A stretch of 64,000 bases of DNA from Catajapyx aquilonaris (taxonomy: Eukaryota), in contig KZ538006.1 in assembly GCA_000934665.2 (NCBI GenBank), forward strand, positions 124,001-188,000, given 5' to 3'. This document shows, in pieces, positions 1-12,575 of this stretch. The translations under genes were made by a program, and so were the position numbers. Under the pieces are notes generated by a model. It ran no database searches. It worked only from the letters and a program-made list of their open reading frames with translations, and had not been told where the DNA came from. Numbering within the stretch: the stretch's first letter is position 1; every line of letters starts with the position of its first letter.

Positions 1-263
1 TGTTATAGACGAATCGCCACTTTTGCATAAAGTTTTCTGCCTGCCGGTTGCAAATAATGCACAATACTGGATACTGATTTATGACAATATCCACAAAAAT
101 TCAAAATCAGCCTCATGTGCAAAACTTGCGACTAGTGTGAGGGTTGACCTCCTCAGGTCATCCCTTTGACCCCGAAAGGTCACTCAGGGTCGTTTATATC
201 CGGAGTCTACTGTACATGTATAATTCATTTTTATGTTCTACTTAATTCGGTGCAATACTTTAC

Positions 264-774
264 CTCTGACTGCGGCCATAACCTTATCCAAATTCCGAAT
301 GGTAATGGGCACAAGACTTGAGTTGAGGTAGTAGTGACCTTTCCTGTCGGGGTCAGCCACCACCAGGAAAATGCGCGTGTCCCGATTGCGAACCCGTCCC
401 AGACAGAACTTTGGGTTACCCACGCCTCGGACAGTCACCCGTTGACCCTCTGTCAATCCGTCACTAGAATGGCGACGACCTTTGAGGACTCGCTTGACCT
501 GCACAACCACCGCTGGAGGGTCATCAGGTCTGGACAGCACGTAGTGGTCCTCTAGTACCTCGTTGGTCAGCAGGGAAGACACTATTTTCTCCACTTTAGC
601 CGTGAATATGTGCGTCGCCCTTTGTTCCTTCTCCTTCATGGTGCCCTCTAGACAAGGGTGGTCACGCACTGAGCACACGCACGTGCGAAACATGACCAGG
701 AACACTAAGACTGTTAAGGCCAGCATTGCACAGCACAAATCTCGCACCCACTCGGAACCACTAAGAAGCAGCAT
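264..774 (-). CDS. AGRN: NtA cassette A: signal peptide + N-terminal agrin (NtA) domain, candidate alternative first coding exon of an agrin-like gene
   Basis: Hydrophobic N-terminus, then CLEGTMKEKEQRATHIFTAKVEKI...VQVKRVLKG...VRGVGNPKFC..RVRNRDTRIFLV...YLNSSLVPITIRNLDKV, matching vertebrate NtA motifs (REEEANVVLTGTVEEI, VWRYLKG, GFGDPLIC, GDTRIFFV, LNSSLMRITLRNLEEV). Ends GTC AGA G|GTAAAG (phase-1 donor, GT at 263-262). Start could also be the later Met (MLALTV). Gene symbol inferred from the domain only. Confidence 0.85.
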
Positions 775-1941
775 CTAGCTTCCTAAGTTTTTAACCTAGC
801 TGGCACAAGAGGCAAAAACCACGCAAATGAGTAAAAAATCCTGCAAAAACGTTCCTTCTGGAGGAAAAAAACAACCAGTGGGTTCTGAGGGAGGAAACAG
901 GAGACATCACTTTTGAGGATCGGAGGTATTAACGGCATCTCGTATTTTTAATACGTTGGCTTCCAGAAAAACCAGCAGGGTTAAAAAATCTGACAAACAC
1001 ATATAGAAATTTTTGGTCCTCTGTTTGCCTCTACCAGGAAAGGGTTGGGGGCGATGTGATCAAGCAGTTTTTTGGTGTATTCTTTTTCTGGATATATCAA
1101 GTCGCTAAATATGACTGGCATTTGGTGGAAAAAATTTAGAGAGGGAGATGCGACGACAATACGCGTGGCCTGTGGGGGTTATGGTTTTTTCATCCTGATT
1201 ATATTTGCAGAGACATGCCAAGCAGTTGTTTCAGAATAACTCACTATTCCCGTGTAAAATCCTGAAACTAAAATGATATAAGAAGACTTTTATGGTCGAT
1301 TGTGGAAAAAAAATGCATGTGTGAATACAAGGCAAAATTTAGGTCACAGTTAGAAACCAGTAGCAACATTGAAACGCCTAGAAAGTTAATACCCAACACT
1401 TTAGTCCCAAAATTTCTAACAGTACTCCCCCGTTATTATCCGAGAGGCTGAGGCACTACTGTGCAACATCCTGGGTAATTAGCGGTCAGTCAGTGGCGTT
1501 AAACAATCCGGTAAACAAAACCTGGAAACTAATTGCTGGCGGTTTTCTTCCCCCCTCCAATCATTTTGTTGTGCAATGGCCGAACGCAGAAGAGGTATTT
1601 TTCCCACGGAAAAGGGCTAGTGTGACACGCGGCAACCTCAGCATTGTGTCAGTTCCTCCGCCCGTGAAAATGTTAATTACTACCTTACGTTGACTTGATT
1701 AACCCGACCCCTTTGGCTTCCATCAGAGGGTCCACCTCTTTTTGCGCCCACTTTTGGCCAACAAGAGGCATTCACATGTCGCCTACGAGAGGGCGCGGTT
1801 GCCATGCCAAATGACGGGTAAATCTCGGGAATTTAACTAACGCCCATACAATCATGATGTATGAAACTGCATAAAAGGAAAGACAGCATGTGACACGGTT
1901 GTCCTTAGAATCAAAGTGAGACATTGCTGGAATGAACGCAC

Positions 1942-2488
1942 CTTTTGCTGCTGCGTTTGTCTTTCCCAAGATGGTGACTGACAACCGCAGCGGAGGCAGC
2001 AAGGCTTCGGACACTTTCCGGTCCAAGAAGAACAACCGGACATCTCCGACCCTCAGGTTTGTGGCCAACTCGCATACCAATGGGTCATCCAGAAGTATTG
2101 GGACACGGATGGCCATCATGGTTCCCTCCATTTCCAACCCGCCGCCTTTGTAAACCGATTTTATCTGAACCCACGTGTTGAAGTAAGCGACAGACAGGTC
2201 GAAGGACTTTCTGGCCCTCCTACGTTTAACCTTCCGTAACGTCCTGCTGAGTATGTGCTGGCTGACATTGCGTTCGTCTACCATCGTATAAAAGTACTGC
2301 GACTGCACTTTGGAGGGCACTAACTTCTTCACTTTTGCTGTGAATGCCATGTCCGACAGTCTGGTTATGGCTTCCAAGGGCAGAGGTCGACATCGAGAAG
2401 ATCTGGGACGACGACTGTCGCACACCCACCATAGCGTGGCGATGAAGATAACAAATAGCAGCAGCGTTTGGCACCTTTTATGCGCCAT
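1942..2488 (-). CDS. AGRN: NtA cassette B: signal peptide + divergent NtA domain with a basic insertion
   Basis: Signal-like MAHKRCQTLLLFVIFIATLWWVCDS; CRPLPLEAITRLSDMAFTAKVKKL, VQIKSVYKG, DDPLVC, VGDVRLFFL motifs; ends GCA AAA G|GTGCGT (phase-1 donor, GT at 1941-1940), the same position as in cassettes A and C. Confidence 0.75.
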
Positions 2489-2825
2489 TGTCTCAGTCGC
2501 GGTGGTCCATAAAATCCTGTTTTGTGAGGCCCACCGCTTATATCCCCCAAAATGTCACTTTGCCAAGAAAATGGTCGGGTTCACTAACTACATGCAGTTG
2601 AATAAGCACAAATGCTGGATCAACACTAGATGTCATCCCGATGTGACACTTCACACGACGCGATTACTAATGTCACACCGCACTGTGTACCCCAGAGAGG
2701 AGGACCTGCAACACACGTCCACATCACATGTCAACACCGAATGCACTCGTCCCACACACTCACACACTACTACGAGACGAGCCAGAGCCCCTAAGGCCTT
2801 TTTAGCAGTAGCCGATGAAAGACTG

Positions 2826-2859
2826 CAACCGTGGTGTGAATTTGTCCGCACGCAACTGA
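2826..2859 (-). promoter_or_regulatory. Inr + DPE core promoter candidate for NtA cassette B
   Basis: Minus-strand TCAGTT (2859-2854, A+1 = 2857) with GGTTG at exactly +28..+32 (2830-2826), fitting the arthropod Inr (TCAGTY) and DPE (RGWYV) spacing; about 370 nt upstream of the ATG at 2488. Confidence 0.5.
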
Positions 2860-5800
2860 CCCTTACTCGTAAAAGGTGATGGCAATGAGGTGGGGCACCT
2901 GCCACTGCTCCACTCCCCCCCTCCCCTCTCACTATTTTCACCGGTACCGTTTTTTATCCTTATCGAGGGTGAGGGGGGGTTCTGAGAGGTGGAGGGATGT
3001 CTTGCTTTTCCAGAGGGCGCCGCCTAACTTCAACGGTCCCCACAGGGAAAAGGGTGGAGGGCATCGTAATGCCCACGCACTTATATAGGATCCTGCAGCC
3101 CCTCTTATTTCTCTGAATAAAACTGGTTCCAAGCAGTTATCCATATAGCTGTTATTATAACAAATTAAATAATCCAGCCACTTTGAATTTACCTAAAAAT
3201 AGCTCAATTGCTTATTAGGAACCATCAGTTTATAATTAAACACATCATTTTAAAATGTAAGCAATTAAAGCAACTGATATTTGCTCCACACTTTTTTTTT
3301 CTTCAAATAAGCGGCTTATGGGTGATTACCAATGGTTTCAATTGGAACATGCTGTAATTCCAGCAATCGAACCGTGTGCTGATCCGGATTTTTGCATAAT
3401 CGTGACCTAGGCTTTCAAGCCGGCTCAAATTTAATAACATGCAAGGCGAGCATGATTTGTTAAACTGTTGGGGATAAAGGTATGCATTAAGGTCGCCAGA
3501 TTGCCCCCATTTTTTATTTTTTATTTTTCGGAGGGACGGACATTGCCATAAGCGGGGCATCATATATGAGATGCCATCCATCACTCGGCGGCAAGTCTGA
3601 CCAAATTGCTCAATTTCAGTGCTCAACTCGTTTTTTTTATTATTATATTTAAAAAAACATGACAACAATATGGGCTCGATTCAAGGGCCCGGTCATTTAG
3701 AGAAAACAATTTTGAGAATCTGCTCTCGGGGGCTTCCTAATAATGGACGCGGCTTTTCAACACTTGACTCCTTCCTAACCCCGTAGGCCACTCGGCTGTC
3801 CATGAACAGAATACACAAGCAGAGGACTTCACCTTAATTATTTACTCGAAAATTAAATTGGCCTATTTCGGAGTTGAACACGCAATTAAAAATTTTTTTT
3901 AATGTTCATGCATCCCTAAAACTCATTTCCACTTGGTGGAAAAGTGAAGATGAGAAAGGTGGATGGAGTAAAAAATATATACCGTATATATATATATATA
4001 TAAGGATATGTGTGTTGGAGGGGTGTTTTTTATGTGGGAAAATATAAGTCGAGGTTGTGTTTCTTTATGGGGGGAAGATGAAAAATGGTCAGTGTGCTTT
4101 CGGAGGTGACGAGAGGTCATGGGGAATGGAGGACCACCCGACGCATTAAGAGGATTGGAAGTGCGTAAAATGAATTCGGTACGGAGTTATTGAGGATTAG
4201 ACCTATAGCAAAACATTGCAGACTATTTGGCAAGTGTTGAGAGTTCTAGAATTTTGATGGGCCTTCGTAAATGACGTCCATTATACAGAACTTTAAGATA
4301 GCTAATAATATTAGGTTAAAAGCTGCTTTTTTATTGCGTGTGACGTATCGAGTGTTGACTATTAGTGACAAGTATATCGCTCAAAGTGATTCACTGCCTG
4401 TGCTATCACATATTTTAACAGCGTTGAGTGCTACACGATGTACCATGGCCTGTTGCCAAAAAAGTGTAGCATAACTTTCGGATTAGCTAATATATGAAGT
4501 AGCCATCAGTGAATCCGCTGCAAAAAAAAACGCTGCATTAAATTATCTTAATATAAAGTAAACGTAAAGCTGCATCAGTCGAATAACCACATAATATCCG
4601 CATTGCTAAAGACGATCCAATTCTTTAGATTCTTACGACGAATGAAATATGTGCAAGTCATATCAAGGATGGATTCGTTTAATCATCAAGAGTAACAAGT
4701 TCACAACAAGGATGCCTGAAATTTCAGTGCGGACAGCCGCGTCTCGCCAACCATTTTATAATCTACACAAAGGCGGTAAAAAAAATTCATAATCTGTAAC
4801 ATACATCAAGGGAAATCCCGTGGGAGGACAAAAATGACCCCGAAGGAAACGGCTTCCCGAATGAATATTGGGTCGGCCCATGATGCCGAAGGAAGGCCCC
4901 GTCCGACTCATTTGCATAATGATGTTTGTTTCCAGATGCATTATCAACATCTACTCGTGTGGCGTTTCAATATCATGCGCGCTTAATTGCGGCCCACTCG
5001 ATTGCGGAACAGTCCCACGTCCCATTCCGCCATGTTCAAATGAGGTACGTGCCCTGAAAGACAGAGGGACTTGAGCTCTTTTTGCACTCTTTTCCCCCCC
5101 TCCCCTTGGAGGTTAATTAGAAATCGTGAGTCCACCACCTCACTACAAATTTGCGGTGCGGGTTACGGGCCTGGAGCAAAATTTTATTAGCGACAATAAG
5201 CAGTAATGACCGTGTCGCGGTAATAATCGGCGTGTAGTGTTAAATTTTTAAATATAGTTTTTTTGTGGCCGTAAAAAGAAGGAGCGACCTTTGCTGAATG
5301 GTCAACTGCATGTGAATCGAGCGGGACGAATTAATATGATATTCAGGGACTCACACAACGGTGCACAACGTGAGGTAGGAGGCGATATAGAGGTTAGCGC
5401 CATGCCTTTAAAAAAAATTACTGTAAAAATTAACGGTGGAAGGAATATTTTTGGAGTTTTTGAAACAGTACGGCATTGGCATATAATGTTTTGAGGATTA
5501 TTAAACGACAAAAAAATGCCATAAAATTGCAAATAAATTAAATAAAATCAGCACTGTAATAAGTAAAGTGGTTATCCAAATCATTACTAGAGATTTTTTA
5601 ACAAAACTAGGAGCTGCTAGAGTTTAAATATTGTACGTAGAAAGCATACACATAACCTGAATCCAAGGTTGTCAGAGTATATTGACACCACGGCCAACAC
5701 ACAGGTTAGTTATCAAGTATTATTTGTTTACGTGATATTGCCCGCATGTTGCACACACTGCTTAAATGATGAGCAAAACATCCTATCTCCTTATGACAGG

Positions 5801-6908
5801 TTGACATAAACATTTTTGCCGGCTGAGCTTGTATCGTGTTCACTTCGCTGATGAACTAAATAATAATAACAGCACGGCATCCATGACGATGTCCATCATA
5901 ACTATCCGATTAAAAGCAGCAGGAGAAAATCAGATTGCAATGAAGATTTAATATGTCATTGCATATTCATCGCTCATATTTTGGCATGTATCCAGTACTC
6001 TTGGTGTATCTCCGCCAACGTTTCATGTATTGCTGTACTGCCCTGAACTATTATACGTTCAACTCTGTCTCATGTTCGTGCAGAATGCTAATAACCTTAC
6101 AATGGCCTTCTAGCATCAATATTGGGAATAATAAATAATCGCACTTAAGGATTAACGATTACATCAAGCTAGCCATGCAATTTCACGGCCTAATTGAAAG
6201 CACCTCATTTCAACAACACACATAATGGAACCGCAGTTAAAAGGAAAGCAATACCTTAACTGCCTCATTCTACATGCACCGTAAATTGATGAGAGCAATT
6301 ACTCTAAATGCCTCCTTTTCAGGGTCACGCGACCCCTTTAATAACACGTGCACACCTATGAGCATGCATCAAGAGACCCGAAATGTGACAGTAGCATGCC
6401 ACCACGGCGGTGAAACAAGTCCAGCTTCACACCGCCATTTAAAAAACACATGCCCCTACCACTTTTCGAGAGGACCTCAAAAAACCAAATTTTTTTGGTC
6501 AGTTATTTTGGTCTTGCTTTGAACAGGTTACTACATGTGGAGAACCGGTACAAGAGACGGAAGGCGACACAAACACTCCAGACAAGTAGGCTAAGAATGT
6601 CAGTGGGCGTCAGAAGCAAGGACGTTGCCGTCAAACAAGGTCCTGGAACCGTGATGGCATGGTCAAAGTACACCCCATACTACATAGATTACATTTGAAC
6701 AAACACAACCGAGTGCGCAGCATAGTTCGCACATCTTGTACGGTTGGCATTATCAATGAAATCTGGTAAGGTCTCCGTACAGAGTGGGCGTACTGATAAA
6801 TAAGCGCTACACTTATTTCCAACGCTACGCTTGGGGGAACAAAACGGCCGACGTTTTCGACGTTGCCAAGGCTCTGAAATGAACATCAGAGTCTTATTTG
6901 TTTATTTA

Positions 6909-7030
6909 CTGATTAATTTATTTTAATTTTTAATGAATGTTCTGATTAATTTATTTTAATTATTGATGAATGTTCTGATTAATTTATTTTAATTATTAAT
7001 GAATGTTCTGATTAATTTATTTTAATTATT
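6909..7030. repeat. AT-rich 33-bp minisatellite, about 3.7 copies
   Basis: Unit AATGAATGTTCTGATTAATTTATTTTAATTATT at about 6932, 6965 and 6998, plus a partial copy from 6909. Confidence 0.85.
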
Positions 7031-9424
7031 TATTTATACGGTATTTTAATTATTAATTAATTCGCTGATTTATTTATATTTTAATTATTTCAACTACCGG
7101 TGTATATTTAGTATGATTTGGCTCCTGTGGAGTAAGTTTTAGTTTGGCAACGTTGCTGTCAGAACAATATTGAGCTGCGCGAGTGTGGGTGCGCACTGGG
7201 TTACGCGAGTAAAAATTTTCCAGTTAGCCTTAACTATTACCAAACAAATGAAACCAATATTTTGAACACCTTTCGTGACTGGCAACCGCCAGACTCTTAG
7301 TGGAATCTCCCAAATTTGTCAATGTCTCCCGATTAGAAAGCGCCATCAATATAAAGCATTGCCACCCCTCCAGTTATGTCAGAGATGACCAAATGATAAC
7401 TTGTTATTGCTCACGGTGGTGTCAATTGACATGCATAGTGTCGGGCGTACCAACTCCCCATTGGCAGCACATAAAAGCCGGCCGCTGTGCCTTTGATGGA
7501 AAGAAATCATGCACCCAGCAAGGCCTGTTTTCTGGGTGGAGTCACCCTTTTTTTTATATACTCGCATCATAACCAGTACCCTTTTTTTTACCAGTGGTCA
7601 TCACCGGTCTTTCAGTTTAGGCGGTGACCGCAAGTGACCCTTTGCAAGCTGCGTCTGCGAGCAATCCATCATTTCGAGGCTTTTGCATACCCCCAAATCC
7701 GGTGTATCTATTGCTGTGGAGGGTGTCAAGATAATTTTGTCACTTTCACCTTTCGAAACATTTTTTAAAAAAGCGGAGAGAGTGTGTCGGTTTAGGGCGG
7801 AGGTGACGATTCCACTTGTCACATGGGAGGTCCCCACATTTTGGTGATAGCGAAGAACCGCTTTCTTCTTTTTTTTATAGAAAAAGTGGGCGAGGATCCC
7901 AAACTTGACACCGAGTAAAAATTGCTATCTGATTTGATAAGGATGAAGAATTTGGCATCGTTTCCGGATACAAAGTTTACAGAAAGGTGCAACGAGGTCA
8001 CTCTGACATAACCCATCATCACTTAGCGCTAAATAGGCGGTCTATCATGGTAGATATAGCATTATAACTTATAAGGTAAAGATATCAGTCGTACCCTGAT
8101 AATGCGTTACATGCATTTAGAAGGTGTGGACAATGTTCTCTTCGCAAAATATAATTCACTCCCTACATGTCAGCACCAACTTCTGAAGATTAATGGCGTC
8201 CGCTTGAATCAAAGCAAAAATGCCGGAGGTTCGGAAAACGAGTGAAGCGATACTTAACTTTGATAAGATTTATATGTTGTTCACTCCACCCTTCCCCCTA
8301 ACCTTCCAAAATTGCATCCCAATGCAAAATGAAAGGAACCATGATGGCCTATCAGGACACCCCCCAAAAAAACGTGCCCACATTCGTCTTTTTTTCCTCA
8401 ATGTATGTGTTTTAATGCCTACACCTTATGTGCCTAATTAAGCATCCACCGTAGAGTCATGTTCAGGCTATTCATGCGCTACTACACTAGTCTTCACCCA
8501 TAAAAAGTGTGGGTTTGAAGTAAAACGCGTCCGGACAGGTGGTCATTTGATTGCTGCCTCATCAGCATCCAGGCCCGACTCCCCTAAGAGTTATTTACGG
8601 CCCCGTGATCACCTCTTCACGCCCAGGAAAACCACTTCTGAATGGCCCTCTTAGGCACAAATGAAGGCCCCCAAAAGAGCCACCCCCATCCGATAAATGT
8701 TGACTCCCCTATCTGCTCCCCTAGACCCCCCATCCAAAAAAGGGTCTGAATATATTGTTGGGACTCGACTATTAGGACATGGTGGCGCTGCAGGGGGGTT
8801 TGTTATAGGTCATGGGGGGGAGGGGGAGGGGGAGGTGAAATATTGGTGGTAAAAATCTTGGAAACGACGTGTTAAGTGGAGCGATGAACTGCCGGGTGCT
8901 CGACCCTGATGGCCATAAGCGCCATAAAACGACACCGACGGCTGCTACGCTTCCGTACAAACTGATCCGGATCATTTTAAGTGCTACTCTGGAAGTGTCA
9001 GATATGTGCCAATAAACCGACTAAATACGGAAAGGGAGGGAACGCAAAGGCATGAAACTCGTTGCCATGTTGATTACACGCGACATAATAACAAGTGTCA
9101 GCTAGAAATTGTAAAGATTATGAACAAAAACACGCAAATTCACATAGCGATAAACTATTTCTCCTCATAGGCTTAATCTCTCCGCCGGATGTTTGCCCGA
9201 CCTAATAGTGTCGGTATCTCTCGCACGACTTGATGGAGGCAGGAGAGTGCAGAGGGAGTGTGCGCCATCTATTTGTGAAGAATATTACTACGTGGAAAAT
9301 CGGCTGGTTATATTGTCACTGTGACACTGATTATTATAGGTTTCGCTCAATTTTGGCAACTGGTTCACCATAGTAAATAAATGAATAGAGGTATTTGGGG
9401 TTGGACGATCCAAAATTGACTTAC

Positions 9425-9650
9425 CTTTAACAGCGGCTACCAGCCTGTCCAGGGTGTCCAGTCGTACCCGAACCATACCAGAAGCAAGTTGGACTCTTGG
9501 CGGTTTGGCCTCCTCGCTGGACTCATCAACATTGCTCAGGAATATACGTGTGTCTTTCACTTCAGCTTCTCCACCACACACACTGGAGTTGCCAACACCT
9601 TCCACTTGCACATAGCCATCTTCTTCTGGCTCCAAGTCCGGATGATTGTT
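9425..9650 (-). CDS. AGRN: NtA cassette C, second coding exon (C-terminal half of NtA)
   Basis: Acceptor cattacag|AAC (9652-9651); NNHPDLEPEEDGYVQVEGVGNSSVCGGEAEVKDTRIFLS...LASGMVRVRLDTLDRLVAAVK; ends AAA G|GTAAGT (phase 1). 226 nt = 75 codons + 1. Confidence 0.85.
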
Positions 9651-10626
9651 CTGTAATGTGTATTTCATGAGCTCTCCTCAGTGATGAAGGTTGCTTAACA
9701 CTACCACTTCTGTGATCTCAGCAGCCGGAGTTATGTCACAAGGGGTGTCAGATATATCTGTCCTCGTGATATGCAGAAGAGCCATCATCTAGACAACTTC
9801 TGGTACAGGGCGGCTTAAAGGGGCTTTACCCTGGGGATTCATCAGTCATTCAAACCCCAGGAAGGCAATCACGTCACTTTCCTGTCCGGCTCCGCGTGTC
9901 TCCCATTTATCTACCTTTTTTTTGTCAACTTGAAGACAGGAAGGGGACGGGAAGTTTACTGTCTCTAATGCCGTTTATAGTAAGAATGAAGATGGTTTAA
10001 ATTCTGGAAGAAAAAAGTCAGACCCGCCTTCTTCAAATTCTGCAGTTGCAGAAGTTTCAATCATGCCTACTACTGTATATAGGCACACCATTATAGGGTC
10101 TCGCGAAGGGTCTCGTATAATCTGAGATTACAGTCGAGATCTCTTAACGCAAGGGTAAGTACAATATTATTACATCATATTTATGTAATTCAGGAAAACT
10201 GAAATTGTGGTTGAAACATAACCTGCACTTCTCAGAAGTTAGTATTTTCAAGTCCCTTCAGCAAATATTGCATTCTTCAAGTAACATCAAGGGAAGGTAT
10301 TTTTTTAAAGCCATGGGAAACCACGTTAAAAAACGAGATTTTACAAACATAATGTTTTCATACACTTCGCCTCACACCGCGTAGAGAGTAAACATGATTA
10401 TTGTTGCATAAGCTCACGTTCAAATGCAAAAAAAAGTGCTATTGACAGGGGTACTAATTACGACACATACAAAACGACTAATTATTCCCAAAATCTCCAC
10501 TCATTGGCTATGCAGTGGCATCATTATCTGAACTAATTAGTACAAGAGTGCCCTCGCAATTTGTCACTATAGTCAGCTTAATACAATATAGTATATTTGT
10601 CACTATAGTTACTTTTAAAAACCCAC

Positions 10627-10818
10627 CTTGTAGACCCTCTTGACCTGAACCATTGCAGATCGATCTCTCATTGATCTAAAGGTCCCGGTGAAGACAACCT
10701 GTGCCTTTTCTTCCCGGTCAGCCAAAGCGTGGTCGTCATTGCGACACAACCTGGCGTTGAATCCGGACGACACCGCCAGGATCGCAGCCAGCAACAGGAT
10801 CTTCGCCCCACCAATCAT
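10627..10818 (-). CDS. AGRN: NtA cassette C, first coding exon (signal peptide + N-terminal half of NtA)
   Basis: MIGGAKILLLAAILAVSSG signal peptide; CRNDDHALADREEKAQVVFTGT...VQVKRVYK; donor AAG|GTGGGT, phase 0, joins in frame to 9650. A possible 5'UTR acceptor (ttcctttcag) lies at 11079-11078. Confidence 0.85.
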
Positions 10819-12285
10819 GGCTGGCTCCTGACAGACAAGTCTGTCCAGAATGTCTCGATGGGGCCGTCCTTCAAAGCCTCGAAATAGTTCTCGCCAACTT
10901 GTCTATGTTCTCATGCTCTTTATGAACTTGTCCATCACTCGAAGAAGCAATTAGCACATCTTCTATCGCAGCCTACCTTGGCTCCAGCTTTCTTGGAAAC
11001 GTCCCAGGTTTTCTATACAATATATGCTATCCTGTTATTCTCTCTTAACAGGGGACGAGGCAATTGAAGTCGAATTCCTGAAAGGAATGGTCACGTAATT
11101 ATTATGTGAATGGTAAATGTGCTGGGAATTGCAGATACTCTCTGCCGTGTATTGCATAAGATGGAATGTATCAGTTCAAAATGACTCACTTAATCACCTA
11201 AGGCTGTGGATAATTACAGTACATATATGGTCAGCATGGAAGTGAATCACACCAAGTCCAAAAACATCAGTCTCGAAAAAATCGAAGGCAAAGATTTGGC
11301 CTTGCACTTGCTTATATTACTAGTGAAGGCAAAATCCAGTCTTCCTGGCTCCTTATGAATAAAAGGACATCATCATGCGATCTAACAAAAAAAAAAAACT
11401 TGATGGTATAAATAACTTTAAAACACAGCCTAAATTGGAGTTAGTGTCTTTTATACTTGCATGCCAACATAAGTTTAGTAAAGATAGTAACTACATATTT
11501 TTTTGAGCATTATTTCTTTTAAATAATGGCAGGGTTATATTGCTTATCAAGGAAGCATATGACACACAATTGTAAAAATTGAAAAATGATCTACTGTAGT
11601 GTATTTTAAATTCTGAGCTAATAATAATTATATTAAATAATATTAAATCTAGGATATTGCATCTCACCTGTCACAACAAAATATAATTCGATGCAGCAAC
11701 AATAACTATTTCTGGTGAATTTAAACAAATTATCAGTATTAACTAGTCACACTCGGCCAAATCCTATGCGACCCTGACCGTGCACTTGAAAACACGTAAT
11801 AACTGCACAAACCCAGAAGCACATTAGTTCCATATGGCCTCATGGCATGGTCTATATCCCCCCCCCCCCACCTCCTCCTCCCCACCACCACCTACCTGCC
11901 CACTCTTTTTCCACCTACTTGTCCTGAAAAAGAGGCAGAGAGCCAACATAATATGTAGTCGCACTTCTTCGTGGAACCACCTACTTGTCAATTTTCATTG
12001 GTAGCGAAAAAGTGCAGCATCATTCCAAGACTCAACCACTTACATAAGTTTCACATTTTTCATGTTACGTGATTTTGAGTACCTGCCATTGCCCACACTT
12101 TCTATACCATCCTATCTGGTCCTATCATTAATAAAATAATAATATACAAAGGGCACTACATGAATGGTTATGACACAAGAATTTAAAGTAGAATATTTAA
12201 TGAATCAAATCCAATGTGCATGTGTCTTCGTGTATTCTCCAGTAACTCATTTGAAATGCAGCTGCTACCATGTAAATGTTGAGAA

Positions 12286-12575
12286 TTAATAATAATAATA
12301 ATCATTTTAATGATTATGGATACCCCCTGATAGGCCTCCTCGGGCCTCTTAGGGGATCATCTTTTCGTGAACCGACTTTAATCATTGCCTGCACTTTGAT
12401 GGATTTTGATTGTGGGAGGAAATGGGAGAACCCCGAGAAAACCCACGCGAACACGGAGAGAACCCATCGAAACTCTATCCACATAAGTATCGTCTGTCCA
12501 ACCAGGGGATCGAACTCAGGACCTTAAGAGTGGAAGGCTGTGGCGCTAACCACTCCGCCACCGTGTTGCCCTTAT
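12286..12575 (-). mobile_element. tRNA-derived SINE with V-domain-like core, full length with TSDs
   Basis: Minus strand: GGGCAACACGGTGGCGGAGTGGTTAG (A box), GAGTTCGATCCC (B box), core TTCTCTCCGTGTTCGCGTGGGTTTTCTCGGGGTTCTCCCATTTCCTCCCAC resembling the V-SINE conserved domain, (ATT)n tail; 10-bp TSD ATGTTGAGAA at 12276-12285 and 12576-12585. Confidence 0.85.

Noticed and set aside
195..214. TATCCGGAGTCTACTG-TA resembling a Tc1/pogo MITE end
   Set aside because: The partner TIR is not visible in the window, so it cannot be supported.
238..263. ORF tails beyond the NtA donors (also 1772-1941 and 9288-9424)
   Set aside because: Similarity among the cassettes stops exactly at consensus GT donors; the tails look like intron read-through.
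3100..9280. Additional NtA cassettes or a transmembrane-type agrin first exon (e.g. ORFs 7601-7837, 8772-8975)
   Set aside because: No NtA motifs and no convincing TM segment followed by a phase-1 donor; a very divergent cassette cannot be excluded by eye.
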